Of a stretch of 64,000 bases of DNA, positions 25,991 to 35,706 are shown one piece after another. The stretch lies in the NCBI GenBank assembly GCA_938009755.1, contig CALLIL010000002.1:6420-70419 (forward strand), written 5' to 3'. The first letter of the stretch is position 1, and each line of letters opens with the position of its first letter. The notes under the pieces were generated by a model, which ran no database searches, had not been told where the DNA came from, and worked only from the letters and a program-made list of their open reading frames with translations. This DNA comes from an uncultured Marinomonas sp. (GTDB lineage Bacteria; Pseudomonadota; Gammaproteobacteria; Pseudomonadales; Marinomonadaceae). Made by a program: the position numbers and the translations under genes.

Positions 25991-27245
25991 AATTTTTAAC
26001 CGCAATCTTGCCATTGATCAGCAATACCTATTGGTGGCACTTGGTGCGTTAACCAACCTTGGGAAAATAGACTTTTCCACGCTTGAAATGAATGGCGAAG
26101 TCTTTGAGCCTGCGCAGTTGATTGATATGGCGACAGGCTTTAGTCGTGAGACAGTTCGTCCATATCATATTCAAAATGGTGCTGCCATCATCCCTGTCCA
26201 TGGCTCGCTGACACATCGTTTTGGCAGTTTACGACCATCCAGCGGCATGACTGGATATGACGGCATCCGCGTCAACATTAAGATGGCAGAAGATGACCCA
26301 GAGGTGAATGGCATAGTTTACGACATAAATTCCCCAGGGGGCTCTGTTGATGGTTTGTTTGATTTAACAGATTGGGCGAAGGCCTTTGTTTCCAAACCGA
26401 CCCGCGCCATCGTTGACCCTCAAGCATGTAGTGCAGCACAACTGTTCGCATCGGTTGCCGATGAAGTCACACTTTCTCGCACTGATCGTATGGGCTCAAT
26501 TGGCGCAGTGTCGGCCCACACGGACGTGTCTGAAATGATGAAAGGGCGAGGCCAGAAAATCACTCTTATCGCGGCAGGCGCCAAAAAAGTGGAAGGCAAC
26601 CCATACGAAGCCCTGTCGGAAGATGTTTATAACAGCCGAAAAGCGTCACTTGAAGAACTTCGAGTCATGTTTGTTCAAACCCTTGTTGATAACCGAGGTT
26701 GTGACTTCGATGCACTGATGGCCACTGAAGCAGCGGTACTCAATGCAAACCAAGCTGTCGAGCTAAAGCTAGCTGACAAAATAATGTCTCCAGCGGATTC
26801 GTTGGAAGAATTTATTGATCAAATTAACCCAACCAAAACTGGAGTAATTCCAATGCCAAAACCAGATCAAAACCAAAATGCATCATCTGATGCTCCTGAA
26901 CTAGACGCAAACGCGATTCGCGCAGAAGCCACTAAGGCAGAACGTGACCGAATCACGGGAATTGTGATGTCAGAAGAAGGCCAGTGTCGTGCAGCGTCTG
27001 CATTAAAAATTGCGCTAAACACAAACATGAGTGCTGAAGAAGGCGTTTCATTACTCTCGACGCTTCCTGTTTCAGCCACACTTGAAAGCACAGCGGAAAC
27101 AACCCCTCAAACCACAGACTTTGCTTCTGTGATGGGTAGCCATGACCCTCAAGTGCCATCGGATGATGGTGCTTCATTGGATTCGGAACAAGGTCAAGTG
27201 TCTAAAAATCCATTGATTGCCGCGCATATGGCGCTAAGTAAGTAG
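25971..27245 (+). CDS. S49 head maturation protease with C-terminal scaffold region
   Basis: DINSPGG, ACSAA, GSIG, K.EGNPYE.L; AERDRITGI in C-terminal part. Confidence 0.92.
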   Translation: MMLLLHEIFNRNLAIDQQYLLVALGALTNLGKIDFSTLEMNGEVFEPAQLIDMATGFSRETVRPYHIQNGAAIIPVHGSLTHRFGSLRPSSGMTGYDGIRVNIKMAEDDPEVNGIVYDINSPGGSVDGLFDLTDWAKAFVSKPTRAIVDPQACSAAQLFASVADEVTLSRTDRMGSIGAVSAHTDVSEMMKGRGQKITLIAAGAKKVEGNPYEALSEDVYNSRKASLEELRVMFVQTLVDNRGCDFDALMATEAAVLNANQAVELKLADKIMSPADSLEEFIDQINPTKTGVIPMPKPDQNQNASSDAPELDANAIRAEATKAERDRITGIVMSEEGQCRAASALKIALNTNMSAEEGVSLLSTLPVSATLESTAETTPQTTDFASVMGSHDPQVPSDDGASLDSEQGQVSKNPLIAAHMALSK

Positions 27246-27295
27246 CTTAGCAAACAGCCCTCACTCACCATTAACAAACAAATAGTAGGTCTATT

Positions 27296-27679
27296 ATGTC
27301 AAACACCAATTATGGAATGGCGTCTTCTACAGACGTTAGCGAAAACTATGTCCCGTTTATTACGGGCGAAAAACAACAAATCACTGACACCGTTACGGTG
27401 GCCAGTGGAAATGAAGTTGCTCAATACACAGTGTTGGGTCGTGTGACCGACACGGACAAATACGTCCCTTGCGTGAAAACAGCAACGGACGGCTCACAAG
27501 TTCCTCGACGAATTGCTATCTATGCCGCAGACGCAGCATCCGCAGACGCATTATGTGCGGTTTATTGTGAAGTGGAATGTAACCCAACCCAGATCGTTCT
27601 TGATGAGTCATGGGCAAGCCCGGACGAAGTAAAAGAATTGCTTGCCGATCAAGGGATCTACTTACGTGAGCTAGCGTAA
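27296..27679 (+). CDS. Head decoration protein (gpD-like)
   Basis: TVLGRVT..DGSQVP..I; position before capsid gene. Confidence 0.85.
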   Translation: MSNTNYGMASSTDVSENYVPFITGEKQQITDTVTVASGNEVAQYTVLGRVTDTDKYVPCVKTATDGSQVPRRIAIYAADAASADALCAVYCEVECNPTQIVLDESWASPDEVKELLADQGIYLRELA

Positions 27680-27759
27680 ATCATTCAGCCCCTTATTGTT
27701 TAAACATCGAATTAATTTAAAAAACGCCCCAAGAGGGCGTTTTTTTATGGAGAAAAATA

Positions 27760-28797
27760 ATGCCAGAATCAGTAAATGATACTTATGAATTAGTCCAATA
27801 CATTGAACAGGCCGCGGAAATTCCAACTTTTTACTTGAATCGTTTTGCTTCAACTATCATCGAAAGTGAAGATGAAGAAGTGCTTGTTGAAATGAAATTT
27901 GCAGGCAAATCTGTTGCTCCATTGGTAATGCCCTTGGAACAAGGCCAAGCAATTTATGAGCGAGCGACGAAGTCAACGAAATTGACGCCAGCTTACACAA
28001 AAATGAAAGATGTGATTACACCAAGCAATGCCCTGCGTCGTCGCGCAGGTGAGAAGGTTAGTGAGAAACAAACCCCGTTGGCGCGATTGAATGCTTCAAC
28101 CCTCGAACAGTTCATCACTCACTCTCAACGCTTAACTCGTCTTTGTGAATTAATGGCTGCGCATGGTTTTACGGATGGCAAGTTAACGCTTGAATACAAA
28201 GACAAGAATCAAGCATTGGTTGATTTCGGACGTGATCCGTCATTAACGGTTGTGTTAGATGGATCAGAAGGCAACGAATTTTGGAATAATGAAGACGCCA
28301 AAATTGTTGATCAGATCGACATTCAATGTAAACGCATGTCTGATGCAGAAGGCGGTGTCGCGCCAGAAGATATGATTTTACCTTTAGATGTTTGGCAGCC
28401 GTTCAAAAATAATACCCAAGTGAAAGATTCGTTAGATACCGATTTTTCTGGTCAATCTGGTGCATTGGAGCGTGGCGTAACCATGCCTGATGGTATTGTA
28501 TTGAAAGGGACGCTAGGCAATAACCTACGCGTTTGGGTGGATACTCGAACGGTATCGGTAAAAGGTGTTCAAACGGCGCTACAGCAGTCTAAAAAAGTGA
28601 CATTTTTATCTGATGCTGTGGAAGGTGCTCAGCATTTTGGTGCTATTTTAGATGTTGAAGCCATGCTTGCGATGCGAATGTTCTCAAAACACTGGAATGA
28701 AAACAGCCCGTCAGTTCGTGTGGCTGAGTCTCAATCTGCCCCACTAGTTGCACCTGGTAACCCGAACGCCACTTCTTGCATGACAGTGTTGGCTTAA
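27760..28797 (+). CDS. Major capsid protein (gpE family)
   Basis: APLV.P..G, PAYTK.K, QSAPL. Confidence 0.92.
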   Translation: MPESVNDTYELVQYIEQAAEIPTFYLNRFASTIIESEDEEVLVEMKFAGKSVAPLVMPLEQGQAIYERATKSTKLTPAYTKMKDVITPSNALRRRAGEKVSEKQTPLARLNASTLEQFITHSQRLTRLCELMAAHGFTDGKLTLEYKDKNQALVDFGRDPSLTVVLDGSEGNEFWNNEDAKIVDQIDIQCKRMSDAEGGVAPEDMILPLDVWQPFKNNTQVKDSLDTDFSGQSGALERGVTMPDGIVLKGTLGNNLRVWVDTRTVSVKGVQTALQQSKKVTFLSDAVEGAQHFGAILDVEAMLAMRMFSKHWNENSPSVRVAESQSAPLVAPGNPNATSCMTVLA

Positions 28798-28868
28798 TTT
28801 AACGGTTTCTAACTAAACCATCTAACGAAAAGCGGCCAATTGGTCGCTTTTTTTATGGGAGAAATATC

Positions 28869-29165
28869 ATGACTCAAGCAAAGAAAACCGCAGCACAGCT
28901 TAAAGCAGAAGAAGCCAAAGCAGCGGAAGAAGCTAAAGCGGCTGAAGAAGCTAAAGCAGCAGAAGCCAAAGCGGCTGAAGAAGCTAAGGCGGCCGAAGAA
29001 GCTAAAGCAGCAGAAGCCAAAGCGGCTGAAGAAGCTAAATTAAATAGCCTCGATTTAGTTGCGATCAACACTTGCGGCAATCATAAGCCTGGCACGGCTT
29101 TTACAGCGAAAGACAAAGCGGCATTTGATCGTTTTATCTCGTTAGGTGCAGCTAAAAAGGCATAA
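28869..29165 (+). CDS. Small head-region protein with AAEEAK repeats (FI position)
   Basis: Tandem Ala/Glu/Lys repeats and a short C-terminal domain. Confidence 0.7.
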   Translation: MTQAKKTAAQLKAEEAKAAEEAKAAEEAKAAEAKAAEEAKAAEEAKAAEAKAAEEAKLNSLDLVAINTCGNHKPGTAFTAKDKAAFDRFISLGAAKKA

Positions 29166-29170
29166 CAACC

Positions 29171-29452
29171 ATGAATAAAGTCGAACTGTTTCAAGTGATG
29201 GCCGAAAACCTTGGCGAAGAGGCTTACCACGAATCGTCACCCGAGACGGTTATTAAAGTGCGCTTCAAATTGGACTTTATCGATGCTGCTGAGTCTGTGG
29301 GCGAAGGTTATATTTTGACGGTTGCAGATAAAGATATTCCAGACGACCCGATAGGGACAATGATCACTATTGCTGGTACGCCCTATTACATTCGCCAGCC
29401 AGTTGATGGTTATTCAGGTGTCACTAAGTACCAAGTAGAGAAGGTGGCGTAA
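29171..29452 (+). CDS. Head-tail joining protein (FII-like)
   Basis: Position, size, beta-rich. Confidence 0.6.
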   Translation: MNKVELFQVMAENLGEEAYHESSPETVIKVRFKLDFIDAAESVGEGYILTVADKDIPDDPIGTMITIAGTPYYIRQPVDGYSGVTKYQVEKVA

Positions 29453-29862
29453 TGCACAAAATTGAATTTATTTTGGTTGCTATAACCAATGCACTGACTG
29501 CAGCAATGCAGCCCACATTGGTTGAACGCTCACCCGTCTATAAGTCCGATAAAACAAGAGTGCTTATTCGCCAAGGCCAAGAAAGCACCTTGCAAGAGGG
29601 CGTGTTTACTGATGCTGAATTTGATCTAGTGATTACGCAAGTCATCCTTGGGCAGTCGACACAGTTGGAGTTTATAGCCAATCAGCACCGAAGCGACATT
29701 CATAAGACATTGATGTCGCTCCAAGGAATCATTGACGGCATGATCGAAATAAGCTCAGTCCGTGTCGGTGAGCCAGATGTCAATTCGGAACAACCATCAC
29801 TGAGTCGTGAGCTTGTTTACCAAGTTCGCTATCGATTTAACACACAGGACCCAAGCTTATGA
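29452..29862 (+). CDS. Tail terminator-like protein
   Basis: Position before tail tube; Y.VRYR..DP C-terminus. Confidence 0.6.
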   Translation: MHKIEFILVAITNALTAAMQPTLVERSPVYKSDKTRVLIRQGQESTLQEGVFTDAEFDLVITQVILGQSTQLEFIANQHRSDIHKTLMSLQGIIDGMIEISSVRVGEPDVNSEQPSLSRELVYQVRYRFNTQDPSL

Positions 29863-29975
29863 CCAAGAAAAAGACGACCACACCGCCAAAAATGAAAACG
29901 ACGCCGCGCAAAGGTGGCACTGTAACTAAACCAAAACCAGCTAGCGAGACGACCAATGAAACTGACAAAGCGTAG
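29859..29975 (+). CDS. 38-aa Lys/Thr-rich small protein (absent from ORF track)
   Basis: ATGA coupling; MTKKKTTTPPKMKTTPRKGG.. Confidence 0.5.
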   Translation: MTKKKTTTPPKMKTTPRKGGTVTKPKPASETTNETDKA

Positions 29976-30888
29976 TGTTATAGCTCTCAAAATCGAAGAA
30001 ACTCAAGGCACCGATGCGGTCCCAACGGCCGCTTCTAACGCAATTCTTGTTGAAGACTTAAAGTGGTCTCCAGCCAGTGAAAGAATGGTAGATCGTAAGC
30101 CAGTTCGTGCAACCTTTGGTGAATTGAAAAAGATTTATGCAGGTCACCTTGTAGAAGTGTCTTTTACAATGGAGATTAAAGGCTCTGGAGTTTTAGGAGT
30201 GGCACCAGAAATGGGCGCTTGCCTAAAGTCATGTGGCTTTCAAGAAGTCATCACAGAAGACACCTCGGTTGAATATCTTCCTGCGACTACAGGGCAGCAG
30301 TCTTGCACTATCTATTTTTGGGAAGATGGCGACCTCATCAAAATGACAGGTGCCATGGGGAAAGTGTCTTTTGATCTTTCTACGGGAGCCATTGGCAAAG
30401 CGTCTTTTACATTTACAGGCCACCCTGCTGGCAATTTATCTGCGGCTGAGTTGCCTGCTGCGTCTTACTCTTCAATGGTTCCAGTACCGCTAATCGGTGT
30501 GGCATTTAGTATGGGTGGTTCGCTGGATGTGTCGAAACTATCTGTAGATATGGGGATTACCGTTTCGACCCCATCTTCCATGAGTGCACCGAATGGCTAT
30601 GGTGACATTTATATCAGTGATAGAAACGTTACCGGTTCAATTGACCCGTTTGCTAAAACAGCAAATGAAAAGGATTATTTAGCCGATTGGAAAAGCGGGA
30701 AAGAGTCTTCACTGACAACGGGTGAGATCGGTACAGTCGAAGGAAATAAATACACTCTTTCGATGTCCAAAGTGTACAGCGCTGCCGCACCAAAAGCCGG
30801 TGATCGCGAAGGCGGTGTGACACGAGAATTAACGCTTGCGGCATTGCCAACCAATGGCGATGACGAATTTAGCTTATTGTTTACTTAA
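29956..30888 (+). CDS. Major tail tube protein
   Basis: KIE.T.GTDA.PT..NAIL..L..CGF..FTFTG. Confidence 0.8.
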   Translation: MKLTKRSVIALKIEETQGTDAVPTAASNAILVEDLKWSPASERMVDRKPVRATFGELKKIYAGHLVEVSFTMEIKGSGVLGVAPEMGACLKSCGFQEVITEDTSVEYLPATTGQQSCTIYFWEDGDLIKMTGAMGKVSFDLSTGAIGKASFTFTGHPAGNLSAAELPAASYSSMVPVPLIGVAFSMGGSLDVSKLSVDMGITVSTPSSMSAPNGYGDIYISDRNVTGSIDPFAKTANEKDYLADWKSGKESSLTTGEIGTVEGNKYTLSMSKVYSAAAPKAGDREGGVTRELTLAALPTNGDDEFSLLFT

Positions 30889-30900
30889 TTTGGAGTAATC

Positions 30901-31263
30901 ATGATTACAGTCGATTTAGGTAGTAAGTTGGCCCCGACTTGGTTTAAGTCCACAAAAGATAAATCAGGTGAAGTGGAGTGGCTTTTGAAGCCACTTTCAG
31001 GGCTAGAGTTTATGCAAGTTCAATCGGGTGCAAGTGTCAACAGTGAAGGGAATTTTTGTTACTCATGGTCATCAATTCAAGCGGCATTGAAATTTGCTAT
31101 TAAAGATTTTAAAGGATTTTCAGACAAAAATGGCACTCCTTTGGAATATGGATTTTATATTTTAGACTCGCTTCCTTCAGAAGTATTAATGGAGGTTCAT
31201 TCTGAAATAATGAATCGTGCATATATTCGTGAGTATGAAAGAAAAAACTCATCATCGCAGTGA
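30901..31263 (+). CDS. Tail assembly chaperone (G-like)
   Basis: Between tube and tape measure; slippery A AAA AAC at 31242-31248. Confidence 0.75.
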   Translation: MITVDLGSKLAPTWFKSTKDKSGEVEWLLKPLSGLEFMQVQSGASVNSEGNFCYSWSSIQAALKFAIKDFKGFSDKNGTPLEYGFYILDSLPSEVLMEVHSEIMNRAYIREYERKNSSSQ

Positions 31264-31556
31264 ACGTCTATACCAATGCAGATCAATTCAACTGTGATCA
31301 ATGTGCATGGGGGCGGCATTGCGACAAAAGCAATCCAGCACCAATAAAACAATGGGTGATAGATGGCGTTATCGAATCCGATACGTGTTTAAAACCTATG
31401 ATTACCCACCAAACTAATGAGCTGATACAGCTTTACAAACATTTCAATAAAAATCGATACCCACTGTCTGGCGGTCTGCTTGATCAACCTCAAGCATTTA
31501 TAACAGCCATGAATATCATAGAAGAGACAATGAATCATGACCTCAACTCGCCATGA
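31242..31556 (+). CDS. Tail chaperone -1 frameshift extension (GT-like)
   Basis: The -1 frame is open from the slippery site (KKLIIAVNVYT..) to LSGGLLDQP. Confidence 0.7.
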   Translation, partial: KKLIIAVNVYTNADQFNCDQCAWGRHCDKSNPAPIKQWVIDGVIESDTCLKPMITHQTNELIQLYKHFNKNRYPLSGGLLDQPQAFITAMNIIEETMNHDLNSP

Positions 31557-34500
31557 ATTTGTGCTTACTGCCAGTGATCGCACAAACCTTGCATTTGCCT
31601 CCGCAAAAGCTGGCTTTACAGATATGCGTAATCATGCCATTTCAGCGACCAGCGCGATTTCTGCTTCACTCGGCGGTATTGGGCTTATTGCTTTTACTTC
31701 AGAAATGGCCAGTATGGGGGAGCAGTCGCTTCTTGCCGCAGACAGACTGAACACGTCAACAGAGCAAATTTCTTCGCTTCAATATGCTGCGAGTAAATTC
31801 AATGTTGATGGCGAATCAATGAATGCCGTGTTGCAAGACATGTCCGTTCGCGTTCAGGAATTTTCAGAAATCGGTACAGGTGAAGCTGCTGACTTTTTTG
31901 AAACTTTGGGTTTGGATGCTAAAGAGTTTGCGGATTTGGCACCAGATGAATTGCTATACAATATCGCTAAAGAATTGGATGGTATAAGTGATGCAAGTGC
32001 TCGCGTTTATCTTGATCAGTTAGGTGGGGACAATTTAGTTTCCTTGCTTCCAGCATTACGGAACAACGCAGAAGGAATGCGGGAACTACAAGCAGAAGCT
32101 TATGCCACTAATAATGTTTTAAAGCAGACAGATGCGATTTCATTAGCCGCAATTGCTAATGAAATAAACACAATGCAGAATTCAGCCAAATCGCTGTCTT
32201 TGCAGCTCGCATCAGAATTCGAGCCTGTTGTTAGTGTTGTAAGCGATGCATTTAATGAGTTTGCAAGTGATGGCGAAGCGGTATCAAAAACGTTAGACGC
32301 TATTTCAACAGCTGGCACAGTGGCAGCGTCTGTTTATGCAGGGAGGCTAACAACTGCATTTATCACATCGGCGCAAGCGAAAGCGGCTGACACATTAGCG
32401 ACACGGCAAAATGCTCTTGCTAACGTAGAAGAAGCAAAAGCAACGCTGGCCAAAGCAGAAATGAAATTAACAACAGAAAAATTGGCATACCAAGCATCCA
32501 TTGATGCGAAAAAACAAGATGCCATTGCAAGTGAAGCGGCAAAATCTGCTGAATTGTTGAGAGCAAAAGCGGCTCAAACGGCCGCTGCAGCAGATGTGGA
32601 AGCGGCTACAGCGACAAAAGCTCGAACCACTCAACTAAATCAGTTAATGGTGCAGACCAACTCTCTTCAGAGTGTAGAATCTAATCTAACAACATCAAAA
32701 GCACGACTTGAAGCAGCGACAAAGCGAGTGGCTGTAGCGGAAAAAGCACACCAAGCTCAAATCGCGAAAAATGCTGCATCGATTCAAGTCGCCACAGATA
32801 ACACCAAAAAGCTGGATCGAGCTAAGGCCGATTTAGAACGAAGTACTAAAACATTAACAAAAGCTCAGGCGGCTCAAAATGCCACAATGCGAGCAGGATC
32901 TATAGCGGCTCGTGGACTATCTGGTGCTTTGGGGCTTGTTGGTGGTCCAATTGGGTTGTTATTCACAGGCGTAACCGCACTTAGCATGTTGCAATCAAAT
33001 GCTTCTGATGCAACCGAAGAAATAGAGTTACTGGGAATATCAACAGAGGAATTAAATGACAAGCTAACATCAGCGTCTTATGACAACCTCAGTCGCTCCC
33101 TTGAACAAGTCGAAGAAAAAATAGCCTCTTCTTCAGAAAAAATTAAAGCGCTTAAAGCAGAAAAAGAATCCAGCGAAAATGGATGGAAAGGACGTTCAAA
33201 CAACGTAAGTGTTAAAGCGCTACAGAGTGAAATTAACGATAAAAAAGCGTTATTAGAACTTTCCGAAAGCATTCGAACAGAAGTTGAAAAGCGTGAAACT
33301 AGAGTTGCTAAAGTCGAAGCAGAAGCGAGAAAACAAGTCGTTTCACTTGAGTTGCGTAACAGAATAGAAGCGCTTGAAGGTTCTTTTCAAACAGCAGCTC
33401 AAGCTCGTTCGGCGGCTTTTGAAAAAGAGCTTCAAGATATTCAGTCAGCAGAAGATCAAAAGTTAATTACTGCGGTTGAAGCGTCTGATTTAAGGTTTAA
33501 ATCAGAACAACGTTTTCAGTTACAAAGCGAACAAGTCGAGCTTGCCCAACGCCAAAAAAGTTTGTCGGCATTTTCTGAAAACTACACTAAACGTGAGCAG
33601 TTGACTTTAGAACATCAACAGCGCGTTTTGGCGTACATGCAAGAAAACGGCATCACAAATGATCAAGACGCCAGTGTCATTGCTTTTCAAAAAGAGTCTT
33701 ATGATTATCAGCTTCAACTGTTTAAAGACTTTCAGCAAGATATTCTGAAAGACACAAGAGACTACGGAAAGTCAGAGCTGCAGATTGAAAAAGATCGCTA
33801 CAAAGAGGAAATGGACGCTCTTAAAAAACATTTAAAAGATAAAAATATTACTAAAGCTGAATATGATAAAGCCGCCTCAGCAGCGGCAACACAAACGTCT
33901 GAAACACAAAAGCAAATTGAAGCCGATGAATTCTCTGCTCGATTAGCCTCACAGCAAGACTTTGCTAATTTATTTGTTGGCATGGCAGATAGTAAAAATA
34001 AAGAGCTGGCTGCGATAGGAAAAGCGGCGGCTATTTACAACATAGGCCTATCAACGGCAGAGGGCGTCATGGATGCATGGTCCACGTCTATGCAGCTAGG
34101 CCCAATCGCTGGGCCAATTGTTGGAGGTATTTTGTCTGGAGCAATGATCGCCTATGGTGCAGAGCAGATAGGTAATATTAATAATCAGACCTATCACACA
34201 GGAGGGATCGCTGGGCAAAGCTCTGATAATTACTCTGCAAACTTGGCATCAAACGAAGTGCCCGCGGTGTTGTTGCGTGGTGAAGAAGTTTTAACCGAAC
34301 AAGACCCACGTCATCGTAATAATTTAACTTTGTCTAAAGGCTCGACAGAGCAAAATGTGCAGGGATCAGTGTTTAACACAGTAACATTGGGGAACATTAC
34401 TGTAATGGTTGGCTCTGAAAATACAGCAAACTCGGAGTCGATAGGTAAAGATGTTGGCGATCAATTGACCACGCAAATAGTCGCTGTTCTAAGCTCCAAA

Positions 34501-34584
34501 GCAGGACAAAAGCTTGTTTATTCAGGTGTTGGTGCTGAAGCCAAACGAAATGGTGGAAAAATCAAGGGCGTTTCAAAAAGCTAA
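31537..34584 (+). CDS. Tail tape measure protein
   Basis: 1015 aa Ala-rich helical, LGLVGGPIG, YHTGG..NEVPAVLLRGEEVLT. Confidence 0.92.
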   Translation: MTSTRHEFVLTASDRTNLAFASAKAGFTDMRNHAISATSAISASLGGIGLIAFTSEMASMGEQSLLAADRLNTSTEQISSLQYAASKFNVDGESMNAVLQDMSVRVQEFSEIGTGEAADFFETLGLDAKEFADLAPDELLYNIAKELDGISDASARVYLDQLGGDNLVSLLPALRNNAEGMRELQAEAYATNNVLKQTDAISLAAIANEINTMQNSAKSLSLQLASEFEPVVSVVSDAFNEFASDGEAVSKTLDAISTAGTVAASVYAGRLTTAFITSAQAKAADTLATRQNALANVEEAKATLAKAEMKLTTEKLAYQASIDAKKQDAIASEAAKSAELLRAKAAQTAAAADVEAATATKARTTQLNQLMVQTNSLQSVESNLTTSKARLEAATKRVAVAEKAHQAQIAKNAASIQVATDNTKKLDRAKADLERSTKTLTKAQAAQNATMRAGSIAARGLSGALGLVGGPIGLLFTGVTALSMLQSNASDATEEIELLGISTEELNDKLTSASYDNLSRSLEQVEEKIASSSEKIKALKAEKESSENGWKGRSNNVSVKALQSEINDKKALLELSESIRTEVEKRETRVAKVEAEARKQVVSLELRNRIEALEGSFQTAAQARSAAFEKELQDIQSAEDQKLITAVEASDLRFKSEQRFQLQSEQVELAQRQKSLSAFSENYTKREQLTLEHQQRVLAYMQENGITNDQDASVIAFQKESYDYQLQLFKDFQQDILKDTRDYGKSELQIEKDRYKEEMDALKKHLKDKNITKAEYDKAASAAATQTSETQKQIEADEFSARLASQQDFANLFVGMADSKNKELAAIGKAAAIYNIGLSTAEGVMDAWSTSMQLGPIAGPIVGGILSGAMIAYGAEQIGNINNQTYHTGGIAGQSSDNYSANLASNEVPAVLLRGEEVLTEQDPRHRNNLTLSKGSTEQNVQGSVFNTVTLGNITVMVGSENTANSESIGKDVGDQLTTQIVAVLSSKAGQKLVYSGVGAEAKRNGGKIKGVSKS

Positions 34585-34641
34585 TTTCTAAAATTATAAC
34601 AACCCGCTTCGTGCGGGTTTTTTTATGCGTGTGAGGTTTTT

Positions 34642-35193
34642 GTGTTACCACATATTGATGAAGCAGAAGTGACGATTACGAACAATGACCCTACAGTTGT
34701 TACTCGTTCTAGGTCTGGCCGAAAAGCGGGACGTAATTTAGAAAAACAACACTGGCAAATCGCAGTAACTTGGCCTGATTATTTAGATGACAAGGCGCTA
34801 CCGATTGAAATTGCATTAGACGATATGAAAGGACAATCGGTTTCAGCGGATTTGATTCACCCAGTCCGTGGTTATCATAAATCTGCAGAGGGTCAGTGGA
34901 TTGTGCAAAGTCCGGTTAATGCTGGCAGTGAATCGGTGCAAATCACTGGCACAGGTACACTAACGATTGGGCACTATTTACGTTTTGATGGGCATTCGAA
35001 GGTGTACCGAGTGCGATCATTTGAAGACGGCGTTGTCAATATATACCCGCAATTACGCAGCGCTGTTTTAGTGTCTGAGTTTGTGATTACTCAAGCTGTT
35101 CCTATTTCTGTTACTCGAACAGATGATGATGTTTCGTACAAATATAGCGGACCTTTGGTTTCGCTGTCCGCTAATTTTGAAGAGATGCTGTAA
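34642..35193 (+). CDS. Distal tail protein-like
   Basis: SRSG..W.I..G.Y.RF.GHSKVY..IYPQLR. Confidence 0.7.
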   Translation: MLPHIDEAEVTITNNDPTVVTRSRSGRKAGRNLEKQHWQIAVTWPDYLDDKALPIEIALDDMKGQSVSADLIHPVRGYHKSAEGQWIVQSPVNAGSESVQITGTGTLTIGHYLRFDGHSKVYRVRSFEDGVVNIYPQLRSAVLVSEFVITQAVPISVTRTDDDVSYKYSGPLVSLSANFEEML

Positions 35194-35706
35194 ATGATTA
35201 TTCGTAATTTAATCAAAATGTCATTTCGTAGCGGTGGAAGTTTGATTATGACAGATGGTGGTATCCCAGTTGATTTTATGGGAGACACCTATGAGCCAGA
35301 TTTATATCTAGCTTCCGATGGTATCGGTGAAATTAATGAAGCATTAGAAATAACGACGGAAGATTGGTCTTTGTCTCTGAATATTCCTGATGTTAATTCT
35401 CCTATTTTGCTGGCTTTTTATGGCGATGATTACCTGAATCAAACAGTAACTTACTATCGTCAGTTCATTTGGGATGATGGAACCGAAGAGTTTCACAAAC
35501 TATTTGAGGGGCGAATGATCGAATACGAAGCCATAGATTCAGAAGATGGCTACACAATTGAAGTCACATCTAGTGCAAACATAATTAACTGGCAGCAAGT
35601 AAAAGGTCGTTCGACAAATTCTGATTCTCAAAACCTTATTTATCCAGATGATAAAGGTTTGGATTTCGCTGGGACAGAAATTAGTGATATTAGCTGGGGC
35701 AAATAA
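35194..35706 (+). CDS. Tail tip protein
   Basis: GR.TN..SQ..YP.DKGLDF..I.WG. Confidence 0.7.
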   Translation: MIIRNLIKMSFRSGGSLIMTDGGIPVDFMGDTYEPDLYLASDGIGEINEALEITTEDWSLSLNIPDVNSPILLAFYGDDYLNQTVTYYRQFIWDDGTEEFHKLFEGRMIEYEAIDSEDGYTIEVTSSANIINWQQVKGRSTNSDSQNLIYPDDKGLDFAGTEISDISWGK

